This document shows, piece after piece, positions 1-8,177 of a DNA stretch of 64,000 nucleotides. Each line of letters opens with the position of its first letter. Positions within the stretch are counted from its first letter, which is position 1. The DNA lies in IMG/VR virus record IMGVR_UViG_3300049216_000249, positions 1,842 to 65,841 of that record; one strand, 5' to 3'. Below the pieces are notes generated by a model. The model was not told the origin of the DNA. It made no database searches and saw nothing but the letters and a program-made list of their open reading frames with translations. The position numbers and the translations under genes were made by a program. The stretch comes from a virus. Taxonomy: Duplodnaviria; Caudoviricetes.

Positions 1-164
1 GCTTTAGAACGACCAATGGCCCCGAACTCTTTCGGACCGAAGCCTGGTCGGCGGATGGCATGGGTCCGCCTGGGGCGGTTACAGGATCGTCTCCTGCGCC
101 TGGCCTTGTTGGACGGGAAACTGCGGGGTCGGCGGCATCGGAAACTCCGTGTCTATTGAAGCCG

Positions 165-197
165 TGTGCATTTTGCGCACGTTCGGAGAATTCGCAA
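165..197 (-). promoter_or_regulatory. Leftward promoter with operator overlapping the -10
   Basis: Minus strand TTGCGA-N16-CAAAAT; operator TGTGCATTTTGCGCA at 165-179 (1 mismatch to palindrome); same geometry as the promoter at 51832-51864. Confidence 0.6.
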
Positions 198-271
198 CTC
201 CTTTTTGCACGCGGATCCGTGAAATCGTGAATACGCGGAGTAACGATGCGGTGGGTGCTGCACCAAGCACT

Positions 272-454
272 CTATTGCATGCGGTCAGGTCCGACCACTA
301 TTCGGCCGTTCACATCAGCAACTCTGCGTTCAGCAATGACACGCTGGCGGGCGGCCTCGATTACCTCCACGGCGGCGGGATTATTCAGGATCGTAAACAC
401 GGAAATCAGCAAATCCGCGATCACGTCCTGCAGATCCCGCTCAGCCTGGGTCAT
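272..454 (-). CDS. Hypothetical small protein
   Basis: MTQAERDLQDVIADLLISV..., protein-like helical composition, co-oriented with the upstream operon; start uncertain. Confidence 0.45.
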   Translation of the reverse strand: MTQAERDLQDVIADLLISVFTILNNPAAVEVIEAARQRVIAERRVADVNGRIVVGPDRMQ

Positions 455-545
455 TACGGCAACGATAGGCGGATTTTCCCACCCGCATCGTGCATCACAG
501 GACCGCAATCGGAACCGCCTTTTACAGGGCGCAAAAAGTCCTTCA

Positions 546-1577
546 TCAGGCCACGTTTCCGAAGAAATCATCGAAGGCGATTGCGATCCGGTAGAAGTCC
601 GAAAGCGTCATCAGGATGCCGATCAGCTTGCCCATTTCGACCTCGGGATTCCACGTCATGTCGGGCTGGGCTTTCTTCCGGACCCGGCACCAGGTCGCGA
701 TGTCCGTGTTGCCGATGACCACCTCCATCAGCATGCGGTGATGGCTCGCGCCAACGACACGGCAGGCCCGGGCAAACTGCTTGGCCTTCTCCACCCTGGC
801 CTCCGCTGCGGCGCCGTGGCTGGTCTTGGGCATTGGGTTGGATGCGTCGCCGCCCGAAGGCTCGTACGCGTTTCCCGAGCCGTACCCAAGCCGGGCCACA
901 TCATAGGCCAGCCGGAGCTTGTTCGCCGCCCGGATAAATTCCGGGGTGATCTGGCTTCCGGCCCGGCGGGACATGCGCACCAGCACGTCGGCGGTCCGAT
1001 AACCCTTGATCTTTTTTGGGGGCGTCGTTTTTGGCCGGTCGGGGTCCGCGGTGTCGATCGGACAGTCCCATTCCCCCATTTCGACTTCCCCAGCGCTGCG
1101 CGGGGTATCGTCGCCTGCATTGGCTTTGGGCAACCGGACCTTTTCAACCAGGGCGTTTTTTGTGTCAGAATTTGCTTTTAACGCTTTGGCCAGTTCCGCC
1201 GCCCGATGATCTTGCCGTTTCCGGGCCTTCCGGTTGGCCTTGGCGGCGGCTGGCGCCTCGGGGGGCTTCGTGGTGCATGGGGATGCCTGGCGGCCCGTGT
1301 GCGCCCACGGCAGGGCCGAATTGACGTCCTCTGGACTGCACTCGGATGTCAGAAAGGGCTGGACGATGATTTTCAGCCGCGGGCGGGCGGACAGCATGGC
1401 CCGGTGCAAATGCTCCACTGCCAGCACCTGGTAGATCATCTTGCCCTTGGTCGACACGATCAGGGCGCCGGGCTCGGGGTCCGGTGCGCCGGACCAGCAG
1501 ACCCGAATGCAGCATTCTGGGATGGGCTTTTGTGGGTCCGCGGTTTTTTCGGCCTCCGGGACTTTAGCCGTATCCAC
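546..1577 (-). CDS. Putative late-gene regulator/antiterminator (DUF6456-like C-terminal domain) with extra N-terminal domain
   Basis: C-terminal VLVRM..QITPEFIRAANKLR...ARACRVVG...LMTLSDFY resembles alphaproteobacterial prophage Q-position proteins; lies at the distal end of the replication operon. Confidence 0.55.
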   Translation of the reverse strand: MDTAKVPEAEKTADPQKPIPECCIRVCWSGAPDPEPGALIVSTKGKMIYQVLAVEHLHRAMLSARPRLKIIVQPFLTSECSPEDVNSALPWAHTGRQASPCTTKPPEAPAAAKANRKARKRQDHRAAELAKALKANSDTKNALVEKVRLPKANAGDDTPRSAGEVEMGEWDCPIDTADPDRPKTTPPKKIKGYRTADVLVRMSRRAGSQITPEFIRAANKLRLAYDVARLGYGSGNAYEPSGGDASNPMPKTSHGAAAEARVEKAKQFARACRVVGASHHRMLMEVVIGNTDIATWCRVRKKAQPDMTWNPEVEMGKLIGILMTLSDFYRIAIAFDDFFGNVA

Positions 1578-1582
1578 CCCGA

Positions 1583-2011
1583 TCAGGATTGCACCGGCGC
1601 GGCAGCCGCCTCCACCATGGCGCGGTAGATGCCGATGTAAACCATGTCGGGCAGGGCGCTGCCATCATCGCGGTGAACAGCGGCCCGGCCGGCTAGCATC
1701 TGGGCGTCGGTAGGCGCCCTTGGCACGACCACAGTCGCCTCATGCGCCTGCTTCAGGGCGATAACCTGGTCGCGGGCAAGTTCTTGGTCCAGGCGCTTCC
1801 ATGGGCGGTTTTCCAGCACGGCCAGCAGCTCGCACCAAGACAGACCACCACACGCATGAAGGCGGAGAAGCGTTTGGCCGTGGTTCGCCCGCGCCTGGGC
1901 TTCATGTGGGGAAACCAGTGACCATGGCACGAAGCCGCCCGTGATCTTGGATCCAGGCCGGCTGCCCGTGGTGTCCATCACCCGGAACCAACGCGGGGTT
2001 TCCTCGGTCAT
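1583..2011 (-). CDS. Hypothetical phage protein
   Basis: MTEETPRWF...; motif VPWSLVSPHEAQARANHGQTLLRLHACGGLSWCELLAVL; ATGA-type coupling to the upstream gene. Confidence 0.75.
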   Translation of the reverse strand: MTEETPRWFRVMDTTGSRPGSKITGGFVPWSLVSPHEAQARANHGQTLLRLHACGGLSWCELLAVLENRPWKRLDQELARDQVIALKQAHEATVVVPRAPTDAQMLAGRAAVHRDDGSALPDMVYIGIYRAMVEAAAAPVQS

Positions 2012-2196
2012 ATTGCCCTCACTTCCAGAATGTTGCGGCCGTTGCGTTGGATCTGGCGTGTTTCCACGACCTCGGCGGATGCCAGCGAATAGGCCTCGTC
2101 GACGGTCCATGGGGCATTTGGCAGGGCATCCCATTGGCCCGTGTGGCTGCGGATAGCCACCGGGTTCCAGCCCGGTTTGGGCGCCTTCTTGGTCAC
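2008..2196 (-). CDS. Hypothetical protein
   Basis: GTG start overlapping the upstream stop; its stop overlaps the next ATG. Confidence 0.6.
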   Translation of the reverse strand: MTKKAPKPGWNPVAIRSHTGQWDALPNAPWTVDEAYSLASAEVVETRQIQRNGRNILEVRAI

Positions 2197-2465
2197 GATG
2201 CCACCGCAGGGATGTCCAGACGGGACTCGTCCGCCGTCATCACCCCGGCCTGGATGACGCACGTCTTGCCGCCGTCCTTGGTTTCGATCGGGCTCAACAT
2301 CCCACCGGACCGGTAGAGCGGCATGGCCGATAGGTCGACCGTGATAGTGCCACCCTGGGCCATGGCAAGGCACCACAGGGCCGCGTGCAACTCGGTAGCG
2401 CGGCCGTTCAGGATTGCTACCTGGTTGCGCAGGGCCACGCGTTCGGCCTTCTCGGCGCGGGTCAT
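2193..2465 (-). CDS. Hypothetical protein
   Basis: 90-aa ORF coupled by 4-bp overlaps on both sides. Confidence 0.7.
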   Translation of the reverse strand: MTRAEKAERVALRNQVAILNGRATELHAALWCLAMAQGGTITVDLSAMPLYRSGGMLSPIETKDGGKTCVIQAGVMTADESRLDIPAVAS

Positions 2466-3346
2466 GCTGCATCCTCGTTCCAGGGCAACCGGACTTCCCG
2501 CCGGCGGGGTTTGGCGGCCTCTTCCGCCCGTGTCCGTGCCATCCGCTGTTCGATCAGCGCGGCCTGCACCAGCCGATTGGATGATCGCGCAATGGTCAAC
2601 GTCTCGCCCTTGATCGACACGTCCGGCAGTGGCGCCCCCACCGGCAACACAAGACGCTTGGCCGCTTCACGGTCGATACGCTCGGCATGGACCTGGGCCA
2701 TCTTCTTCCGGAAATCGGCCAAAATGGCGTCCCGTTCCTCCTGGGTCGGCACCTTCGGCGGTTCCGGCTCCGGGAGGGCCACCACCTTGCACAGCGCCGC
2801 GCGGTCGCGCTGCCAGGTGCGGACATCCGGCCGGCCGCTGCCGTCGTAATGGAACCCGGCCCGGCAGGAATTGGTGCAGCGCGCCTCGCGCTTGCAATCG
2901 GACCTTGCGGTGCAGGCTGGGGGCGTCTCGTTCAGTAACCATGCATTCAGGTCCGCCAGCCCCGGGAAATAGGGGAAGGTCAGCATGGCCTGCTTCAGCA
3001 CCTGCGGACCAAACAACGCCGTCGGCAACGCTTCCAGTTGCGGCAACATCGCCCCAGACCGAATGGCAAAATCGTTCGCGGTCAAGGGAATCGTTGACCC
3101 AGCATTCAGCGAAAGCAACCAGGTGCGCACCTTTCCCGGGGTATCCCCAGCGGGCCGGCACACCCCGTCCAAGGCGGTTAACGCATTCTGGGCCTCGGCG
3201 CGCACCACAGCGGGCAGTGGGCGAAGTGGCTGGTTCTGGCCGACGTCGTTGATCCAGATGGCCAAGTTGGACGTGATACGGGGCGGGGCGGGGGTGGTGG
3301 CCGTCATGACGGCGCTGGCGGTGCGGGTGGTGGTGACGGCGGTCAT
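2462..3346 (-). CDS. Putative replication partner (helicase loader/inhibitor-like)
   Basis: Directly downstream of and coupled to the initiator; FPYFPGLADL resembles the 'FFPxxAEL' motif of loader-like proteins. Confidence 0.45.
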   Translation of the reverse strand: MTAVTTTRTASAVMTATTPAPPRITSNLAIWINDVGQNQPLRPLPAVVRAEAQNALTALDGVCRPAGDTPGKVRTWLLSLNAGSTIPLTANDFAIRSGAMLPQLEALPTALFGPQVLKQAMLTFPYFPGLADLNAWLLNETPPACTARSDCKREARCTNSCRAGFHYDGSGRPDVRTWQRDRAALCKVVALPEPEPPKVPTQEERDAILADFRKKMAQVHAERIDREAAKRLVLPVGAPLPDVSIKGETLTIARSSNRLVQAALIEQRMARTRAEEAAKPRRREVRLPWNEDAA

Positions 3347-4341
3347 AGCGCGATCCCCTCGATGTCGTCGAATTTGGGTTCTTCAGCGGGCGGCGTGGCG
3401 CGGAGAAGTTCATCCGCCATCCAGTCAAGACGGCCTGCAGGTGCGCGGCCGCCACGGATAAGCGCGAAGTCCCCCTTTGGCCGGAAAAGCCCCGTCCATC
3501 CGCGAGTGGTCGATTGATCCAACACGACCGTAGGGTCAAAACCCTCGATCCTCATTGCGTCGAGATCGGCGATCAGATTGCCAATGGCCCGGGTTGTGTA
3601 GGGCGCTTTCTTGGCGCGTCGAACCTCCATGAAGCCATCCCATGCGTCCTTCGGAAGCCAATCGGGAAACGTAACTCCGATTTTCGCCTTGGGGTCCCCC
3701 GTTAGGGGGGGGGTATCTTTCTTACTTAACTGTGAAGGTGAAGGTGGTACCGCGCCCGCGTGTGTCTGCAATTGCTCATGCAATTGCTTCGGGTTTGTAC
3801 GGTGTTTTGCTGATTTTTGGGGGTTTTGCGTGCATTTTGCGTCGGAAAACAGGCCGGACGACCTATTATCATCCAAAGTTGCATCAGCATCATCGCCGTT
3901 TTGCTCATGCAATTGATCCTGCTTTTGCTTTAGCAATTGCTCATGCAATTGTTCATCATTTGCCTCCGATTTGCTGCCCCCTTGTCCGCCAGAACCGCCG
4001 CCGGAAGGCTTCGGCTTGCGAGGCTGACGTGCTGCGCTGCTCCGCTTCTCACTTAACTCGATCGCCTTGCCGCGCTCCTGGTCGACCCGTTTCTGACGAA
4101 GCGTCCCGTCCTCATTGGCGGTGAAGAAGCGACGGATTGATTTCGATATGCTGGCGTCCCAGGTCGGGCGGTCGATCTTGACGATGGCGGCCAGTTCGTC
4201 ATCGTCGTTGGGAAGCGGACCTTGCTTCCAATATTCCATCAGCAGCAACAGGTAGGCGCCGTGCTGAAGGGTCGTAAGGCGCATTGTGTCGGAGAGGTAA
4301 TCGCCGATGTAGAGCGGCATCCAGGTGTCGGTCCGGGCCAT
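3343..4341 (-). CDS. Lytic replication initiator, DUF1376/YdaU (lambda O-like)
   Basis: WMPLYIGDYLSDTMRLTTLQHGAYLLLLMEYW N-terminus; C-terminal WDGFMEVRRAKKAP...QSTTRGWTGLF; internal DNA repeats. Confidence 0.9.
   Translation of the reverse strand: MARTDTWMPLYIGDYLSDTMRLTTLQHGAYLLLLMEYWKQGPLPNDDDELAAIVKIDRPTWDASISKSIRRFFTANEDGTLRQKRVDQERGKAIELSEKRSSAARQPRKPKPSGGGSGGQGGSKSEANDEQLHEQLLKQKQDQLHEQNGDDADATLDDNRSSGLFSDAKCTQNPQKSAKHRTNPKQLHEQLQTHAGAVPPSPSQLSKKDTPPLTGDPKAKIGVTFPDWLPKDAWDGFMEVRRAKKAPYTTRAIGNLIADLDAMRIEGFDPTVVLDQSTTRGWTGLFRPKGDFALIRGGRAPAGRLDWMADELLRATPPAEEPKFDDIEGIAL
3768..3951. repeat. Intragenic repeats, putative lytic origin
   Basis: GCAATTGCTCATGCAATTG at 3768 and 3933, partial TTGCTCATGCAATTG at 3901, in an AT-richer part of the initiator gene. 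Confidence 0.65.
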
Positions 4342-4391
4342 CAGGAAGCCCTCCGACCGCTATCGCGAAGCGTTTCCCCGGATGCGAAAAT

Positions 4392-4406
4392 TGTGCACAT
4401 TGCACA
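4392..4406. promoter_or_regulatory. Repressor operator (perfect) upstream of the initiator gene
   Basis: TGTGCA-CAT-TGCACA, intergenic. Confidence 0.75.
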
Positions 4407-4561
4407 TTCAACCCTTGAAAGGGACCTGCGAACATGCCAGAAAAGGGTAGTCAGCGGCCCTTCTCTGGCCGGTCCGTATGGTCCGGTTATTTCCGATTTA
4501 GCACCCCTGCCATTTTCCCGAATGGTGGGGGTTTGCATTTTGGGCACGGCGATGACTCTGA

Positions 4562-4576
4562 TGTGCAATAAGCACA
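4562..4576. promoter_or_regulatory. Repressor operator (1 mismatch)
   Basis: TGTGCA-ATA-AGCACA, intergenic. Confidence 0.6.
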
Positions 4577-4592
4577 CCAGAAAGGCAAGCCT

Positions 4593-5201
4593 TCATGCAG
4601 CTTTCGGTCGAGATTGCCGCTCCTTGGCGCGCAGCGTGTCGCATGCATTCTGCCACAGGACAGCAGCATCAGCAGCATTGTGGTCGACGATTGGCCAGCC
4701 GCGGTCCCGGCACCAAGCCACTATCGTGACCTTTACCTCGGCCCCCTTGATTTGCCAGATGCGCCGGCCGATGACCCGGTCGCGCACCGGCAACACGTCT
4801 TCCTCGTAGAGCTTGACGCCGGCGCGGTGGCATTCGCCCTCGGTGTAGGCGCAAAGCCCATATTGCTGGCGGGCCGCGGCCTCGGTCCCCTTTTTGGCCA
4901 CCTGGGCATAGAGCCGCATCGGCGCCTCCATCACGACAAGGGACGGCTTGAACCGGCCCAGCGCATCGATCAGTTCATTCTCGTAGGCGGCATACCGCGC
5001 GCCAATGCCGCTGCGCTGTGGCAGAAGCCATACGCCGGTCAGCGGGCAGTAATCGCTGACATGGCCATAGGCAAAGCCGACGCAAGACGAGAGATCCAGG
5101 GCAAGCACGCCGCCGGGCCGTTCAGGCGCCGGGCGGATCGGGCCGGACGGCCGCTGAACCCGCATGAGGTCCGCCTCCGACCATGTTCGGCTACGGGCCA
5201 T
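4593..5201 (-). CDS. RuvC-like Holliday junction resolvase
   Basis: VLALDLS, VVMEAP and DHNAADA acidic catalytic motifs. Confidence 0.8.
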   Translation of the reverse strand: MARSRTWSEADLMRVQRPSGPIRPAPERPGGVLALDLSSCVGFAYGHVSDYCPLTGVWLLPQRSGIGARYAAYENELIDALGRFKPSLVVMEAPMRLYAQVAKKGTEAAARQQYGLCAYTEGECHRAGVKLYEEDVLPVRDRVIGRRIWQIKGAEVKVTIVAWCRDRGWPIVDHNAADAAVLWQNACDTLRAKERQSRPKAA

Positions 5202-5216
5202 TTTTTGGCCGTCAGG

Positions 5217-5774
5217 TCAGTGTGTGATTGCCGCGGTACGGTTTTTCCCGCGCCGGGTCGAAGCCGTCTTGCCCGTGGTAGCGACGTCCTCGCCAGCCAA
5301 GAACCGCTTGCCACGCAGGAACCCAGCATCCCATTGAGCGTGAAGCTCAGCACCAGGGGGAAACGGGTTGTCCTCACGGCTTCCGTTAGCCTTCCCGCAT
5401 TCAAACCCAGCTTCTTCTGCGGCCCATTGGCCTTGCTTGGCCGCGGCATCGGGATCAAGCGCTGTCAGGTCGAGGTTGTCGAAAAGCCCACTGACCGACA
5501 TTTCGATTTTTGCGACATGGGAATAACGGATGGTGTTGCGCAACAGCCGGACCACCTCGTCGGTCTCGCGCTTTTTTGCCTTGCTGACAAACCCAAGCGC
5601 CTCAAGATCCAGCCCTTCGCTTTTTGCCCGCTTCAGAAGCGCCCGGCGGCGGCCGGTAGCTTCGCTGACCTCGCGATCTGCTACCGCAATTTCATGCAAA
5701 AACCCTGAAATAGTGTCGTTGGTTACATTCGACCCGGAATTCGTATTACTGCCGTTATTCAGTTTGTTCGCCAT
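5217..5774 (-). CDS. GapR/DUF2312-like DNA-binding protein fused to an RMF-like C-terminal motif
   Basis: RALLKRAKSEGLDLEAL..KAKK..IRY (GapR-like); AGFECG...NPFPPGAELHAQWDAGF (RMF-like); SD GAAGGA before ATG 5774. Confidence 0.65.
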   Translation of the reverse strand: MANKLNNGSNTNSGSNVTNDTISGFLHEIAVADREVSEATGRRRALLKRAKSEGLDLEALGFVSKAKKRETDEVVRLLRNTIRYSHVAKIEMSVSGLFDNLDLTALDPDAAAKQGQWAAEEAGFECGKANGSREDNPFPPGAELHAQWDAGFLRGKRFLAGEDVATTGKTASTRRGKNRTAAITH

Positions 5775-5868
5775 TTGACCATTTCCTTCAAAGACGCTTC
5801 GGCAAAAAATGACATGCGTATTCGGGCGGGAATTCGCGTCGAAAGTTGACATTGGCTTCCCATCCCCA

Positions 5869-5883
5869 TGTGCGATATGCACA
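5869..5883. promoter_or_regulatory. Repressor operator (1 mismatch)
   Basis: TGTGCG-ATA-TGCACA in the cro-gapR intergenic region. Confidence 0.6.
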
Positions 5884-5943
5884 CGGACGCCTTAGTGCTT
5901 ACGGAGCCCAACCCATGTCTATTCGATCAATTTCGCCCGTAAT

Positions 5944-6180
5944 TCATGGCCTTGCAGCGGTGATCAGTTTCGCAATTGCTTCGATCGAAACGCCCTTGAT
6001 GCCGTTGCGCGCCGCCGAATTGACGAGATCGCTCCAAGCATTTGATGGAACGGAATTCCTGCGCACCCAAGACGTAACGGTATTGCGTGACCGGCCGATA
6101 TCGGCGGCCAGTATACCCGGCGTTGGCCAGAGCGCGATCAGCTCACGAAAAGACGTCGGACCTGGTTGCGAGGGTTGCAT
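5944..6180 (-). CDS. cro: Cro-like HTH regulator
   Basis: LIALWPTPGILAADIGRSRNTVTSWVRRNSVPSNAW; divergent from cI. Confidence 0.8.
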   Translation of the reverse strand: MQPSQPGPTSFRELIALWPTPGILAADIGRSRNTVTSWVRRNSVPSNAWSDLVNSAARNGIKGVSIEAIAKLITAARP

Positions 6181-6185
6181 GTCCC

Positions 6186-6215
6186 AGAATGTGCATTCTG
6201 CACACCTCGCGTCAA
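6186..6215 (-). promoter_or_regulatory. cro promoter with perfect operator between -35 and -10
   Basis: Minus TTGACG-N18-CATTCT, 5 nt before the cro ATG (likely leaderless); TGTGCA-TTC-TGCACA at 6190-6204. Confidence 0.7.
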
Positions 6216-6225
6216 GGGGGGCGTG

Positions 6226-6903
6226 ATGGGAAAAGTTGACCCAGAAAAATTAAAACGGGCCAAAACGCCAGCCGACCGGCTGCGCATGCTGAGGATAGCG
6301 GCGGGATATGATCGGGCAAAAGATGCTGGCAACGCGATCGGTGTTGGATCGCCGGTAAGCTACCAGCATCATGAAAGCGGGCAGCGAAACGTCACAAGGG
6401 AAAAAGCAAAGGTGTACGCCAAATTTTATGACGTATCTGCCTCCATGATTCTTTACGGTGAAGATTCGGCTTCCCCCACCGTTAAAGTACCGGTAACTGG
6501 GACGTTGGGCATGCATTTCCGGATTATAAAAATGCGGGATTCGACTGAGATTGCGACTGAAATTGATCCACCACCGGTAATGGTGCACCATAAACTTGAG
6601 GCAATTGCGGTACTAGATAACAAGAACTATCCCGAATACCGCGCGGGTGACGCTGTTTATTTTGAACCAGGCGCCCTACCTCCAGGACTTGCTGGCAAAG
6701 AGTGCGTTGTCGAAATTAGCAACGGCGAACGAATGATCTGCGACGTCACTGAGCAAGCGAACGGGCTGTTTACGTTGACGGCCAAAGACCGCGCGCCAAT
6801 GACCGATATGGCCATCAATTTTGCTGCGCCCATTTTATGGGTCAGGCGAGACGCTTTTGACGTAAAGGTGCTGACCTCTACCCCGCGCGTCAAAGCAAGC
6901 TAA
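6226..6903 (+). CDS. cI: CI-like repressor (XRE HTH plus degenerate S24-like domain)
   Basis: RLRMLRIAAGY...SYQHHESGQR...YAKFYDVSASMILYG HTH; C-terminal S24-like fold; divergent from cro. Confidence 0.85.
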   Translation: MGKVDPEKLKRAKTPADRLRMLRIAAGYDRAKDAGNAIGVGSPVSYQHHESGQRNVTREKAKVYAKFYDVSASMILYGEDSASPTVKVPVTGTLGMHFRIIKMRDSTEIATEIDPPPVMVHHKLEAIAVLDNKNYPEYRAGDAVYFEPGALPPGLAGKECVVEISNGERMICDVTEQANGLFTLTAKDRAPMTDMAINFAAPILWVRRDAFDVKVLTSTPRVKAS

Positions 6904-6924
6904 CCCCTCCATTTCATTCCCCGC

Positions 6925-6962
6925 ATGAAGGTGCCCGCTTAGCTGCGGGCATTTTCATTTTC
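6925..6962 (+). terminator. Intrinsic terminator after cI
   Basis: TGCCCGC-TTAGCT-GCGGGCA followed by TTTTCATTTT. Confidence 0.7.
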
Positions 6963-6968
6963 GGCTAG

Positions 6969-7027
6969 TGTGCATTTTGGGGCTTGCGCGCGTAATAATT
7001 GCGCCGTTATGGTGTGCATGTTGCACA
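6969..7027 (+). promoter_or_regulatory. Rightward early promoter with operators
   Basis: TTGCGC (6984)...TATGGT (7008); perfect operator TGTGCA-TGT-TGCACA at 7013-7027; half-site at 6969. Confidence 0.7.
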
Positions 7028-7042
7028 TCGGGAGACGGCGCA

Positions 7043-7393
7043 ATGGCCAACGTTAAGTACTTCAATGGGACGACCTTGCTGACGGGCATCCAGACGATGG
7101 GTCGCAAGGAATTCGAGGCCCGCTTTCCTGGGGTCGTTGGCCGGCGCGCGGATAGCTTCAGCTTTTATGTCGGTCAGCCTGAAGACTTTGCCCCCGTGTT
7201 CGTTCAGGGCAAGGGGTGGGATCGGAATCTATTGCCGGTCCAGCGGGTGGTGACCTTCAAGTCCAACCCGTCCCGCCATCTGTGCGATAGCCGCTGCTAC
7301 AACGCAACCGGTCGTACCATGCAGTGCGAATGCTCCTGCGGCGGCAAGAACCACGGCCAGGGCGCATTCAACTGCACTGCGGAAGCGGCATGA
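7043..7393 (+). CDS. Cys-rich (Zn-binding) early protein
   Basis: SD GGAG; C-terminal HLCDSRCYNATG..CECSCGGKNHG. Confidence 0.8.
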   Translation: MANVKYFNGTTLLTGIQTMGRKEFEARFPGVVGRRADSFSFYVGQPEDFAPVFVQGKGWDRNLLPVQRVVTFKSNPSRHLCDSRCYNATGRTMQCECSCGGKNHGQGAFNCTAEAA

Positions 7394-7551
7394 TGGGCGC
7401 CAGATTGGAAGTCGGCAGGCAACAGCCGATGCGCCACGTGAATTGGGCCGCGGTAATTGGCCTGCTGGCCTGCGCCATGTCGGCCGTGATCATGGTCTTG
7501 CTGGCGTACGGCGCGATCGACGCGATGGTCCAGATTGGCCGCATGTCATGA
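7390..7551 (+). CDS. Small single-pass membrane protein
   Basis: WAAVIGLLACAMSAVIMVLLAYGAI hydrophobic stretch; ATGA overlaps. Confidence 0.65.
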   Translation: MMGARLEVGRQQPMRHVNWAAVIGLLACAMSAVIMVLLAYGAIDAMVQIGRMS

Positions 7552-7829
7552 AAACCGCACACGGCCCAATCCCGAATCTCAAGGTTGATCCCAGCCACGA
7601 GGTCCGCGCGATCGCCGAAGCCCTATCTAAGGCGCTGAACGATGGCCGGATGGCCACCCTCCCCCAGGAACGCCGTACTCGCCTTGCGGAAATTGGCTTC
7701 GAATTGTTGGGCATGGCGGACGCCGAGCATGAGGACGAGCAGGCCCGACTGCACTGGCGCCTGCAGAGTTCGGCCCCTAGCAACAAGCGAGTGATACCCA
7801 TCGCGTTCTTGGGCAGCCGCCATGCGTGA
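7548..7829 (+). CDS. Hypothetical protein
   Basis: MKTAHGPIP..., coupled to its neighbours. Confidence 0.65.
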   Translation: MKTAHGPIPNLKVDPSHEVRAIAEALSKALNDGRMATLPQERRTRLAEIGFELLGMADAEHEDEQARLHWRLQSSAPSNKRVIPIAFLGSRHA

Positions 7830-8163
7830 TTGGGGCGAACCATCCCGGCGGGTTGATTTGCCCGAACCGGGATTTTTCGAACTTACGCTGGTTCGGTCGG
7901 GCCCTTTGGTTGCGGCAAAGATCACCTTTGCTGACGGCCTATGGGGTGCCTGGATTGATGGCGTGCCCTGCGGGGACATGAATGCCGATCCCGCTTTGGC
8001 TGACGGCGTGTTTCGCATCTGGCACGGCGCCCGGCGCATTTCCGAGTCCGATTACAATTACCGCCTTTCCGTGAAGTCGTGGGCACTGAAACACGACAAC
8101 ACGCATCCAGCAGCCAATCCACGGCAATCCATCGACCTCGATGCGAGGCCGAGCATCTTTTGA
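7822..8163 (+). CDS. Hypothetical phage protein
   Basis: PEPGFFELTLVRSGPLVAAKI...HPAANPRQSIDL. Confidence 0.75.
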   Translation: MRDWGEPSRRVDLPEPGFFELTLVRSGPLVAAKITFADGLWGAWIDGVPCGDMNADPALADGVFRIWHGARRISESDYNYRLSVKSWALKHDNTHPAANPRQSIDLDARPSIF

Positions 8164-8177
8164 AGGAGTTTAACGCC

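Noticed and set aside
10-50. Minus-strand hairpin with G-U pairs as a possible ncRNA
   Set aside because: It lies within a probable ORF starting at 61 that runs off the window edge, so there is too little context to call
3696-3713. G9 tract and CCCCC/GGGGG palindrome as a phase-variation site
   Set aside because: The initiator ORF is intact, and such motifs are common in the linker of O-like genes
149-5708. Long + strand ORFs (e.g. 246-1181, 4614-5708) and similar antisense ORFs elsewhere (31232-32221, 44305-45327)
   Set aside because: Shadow frames of well-supported opposite-strand genes in GC-rich DNA, with no motifs or SD
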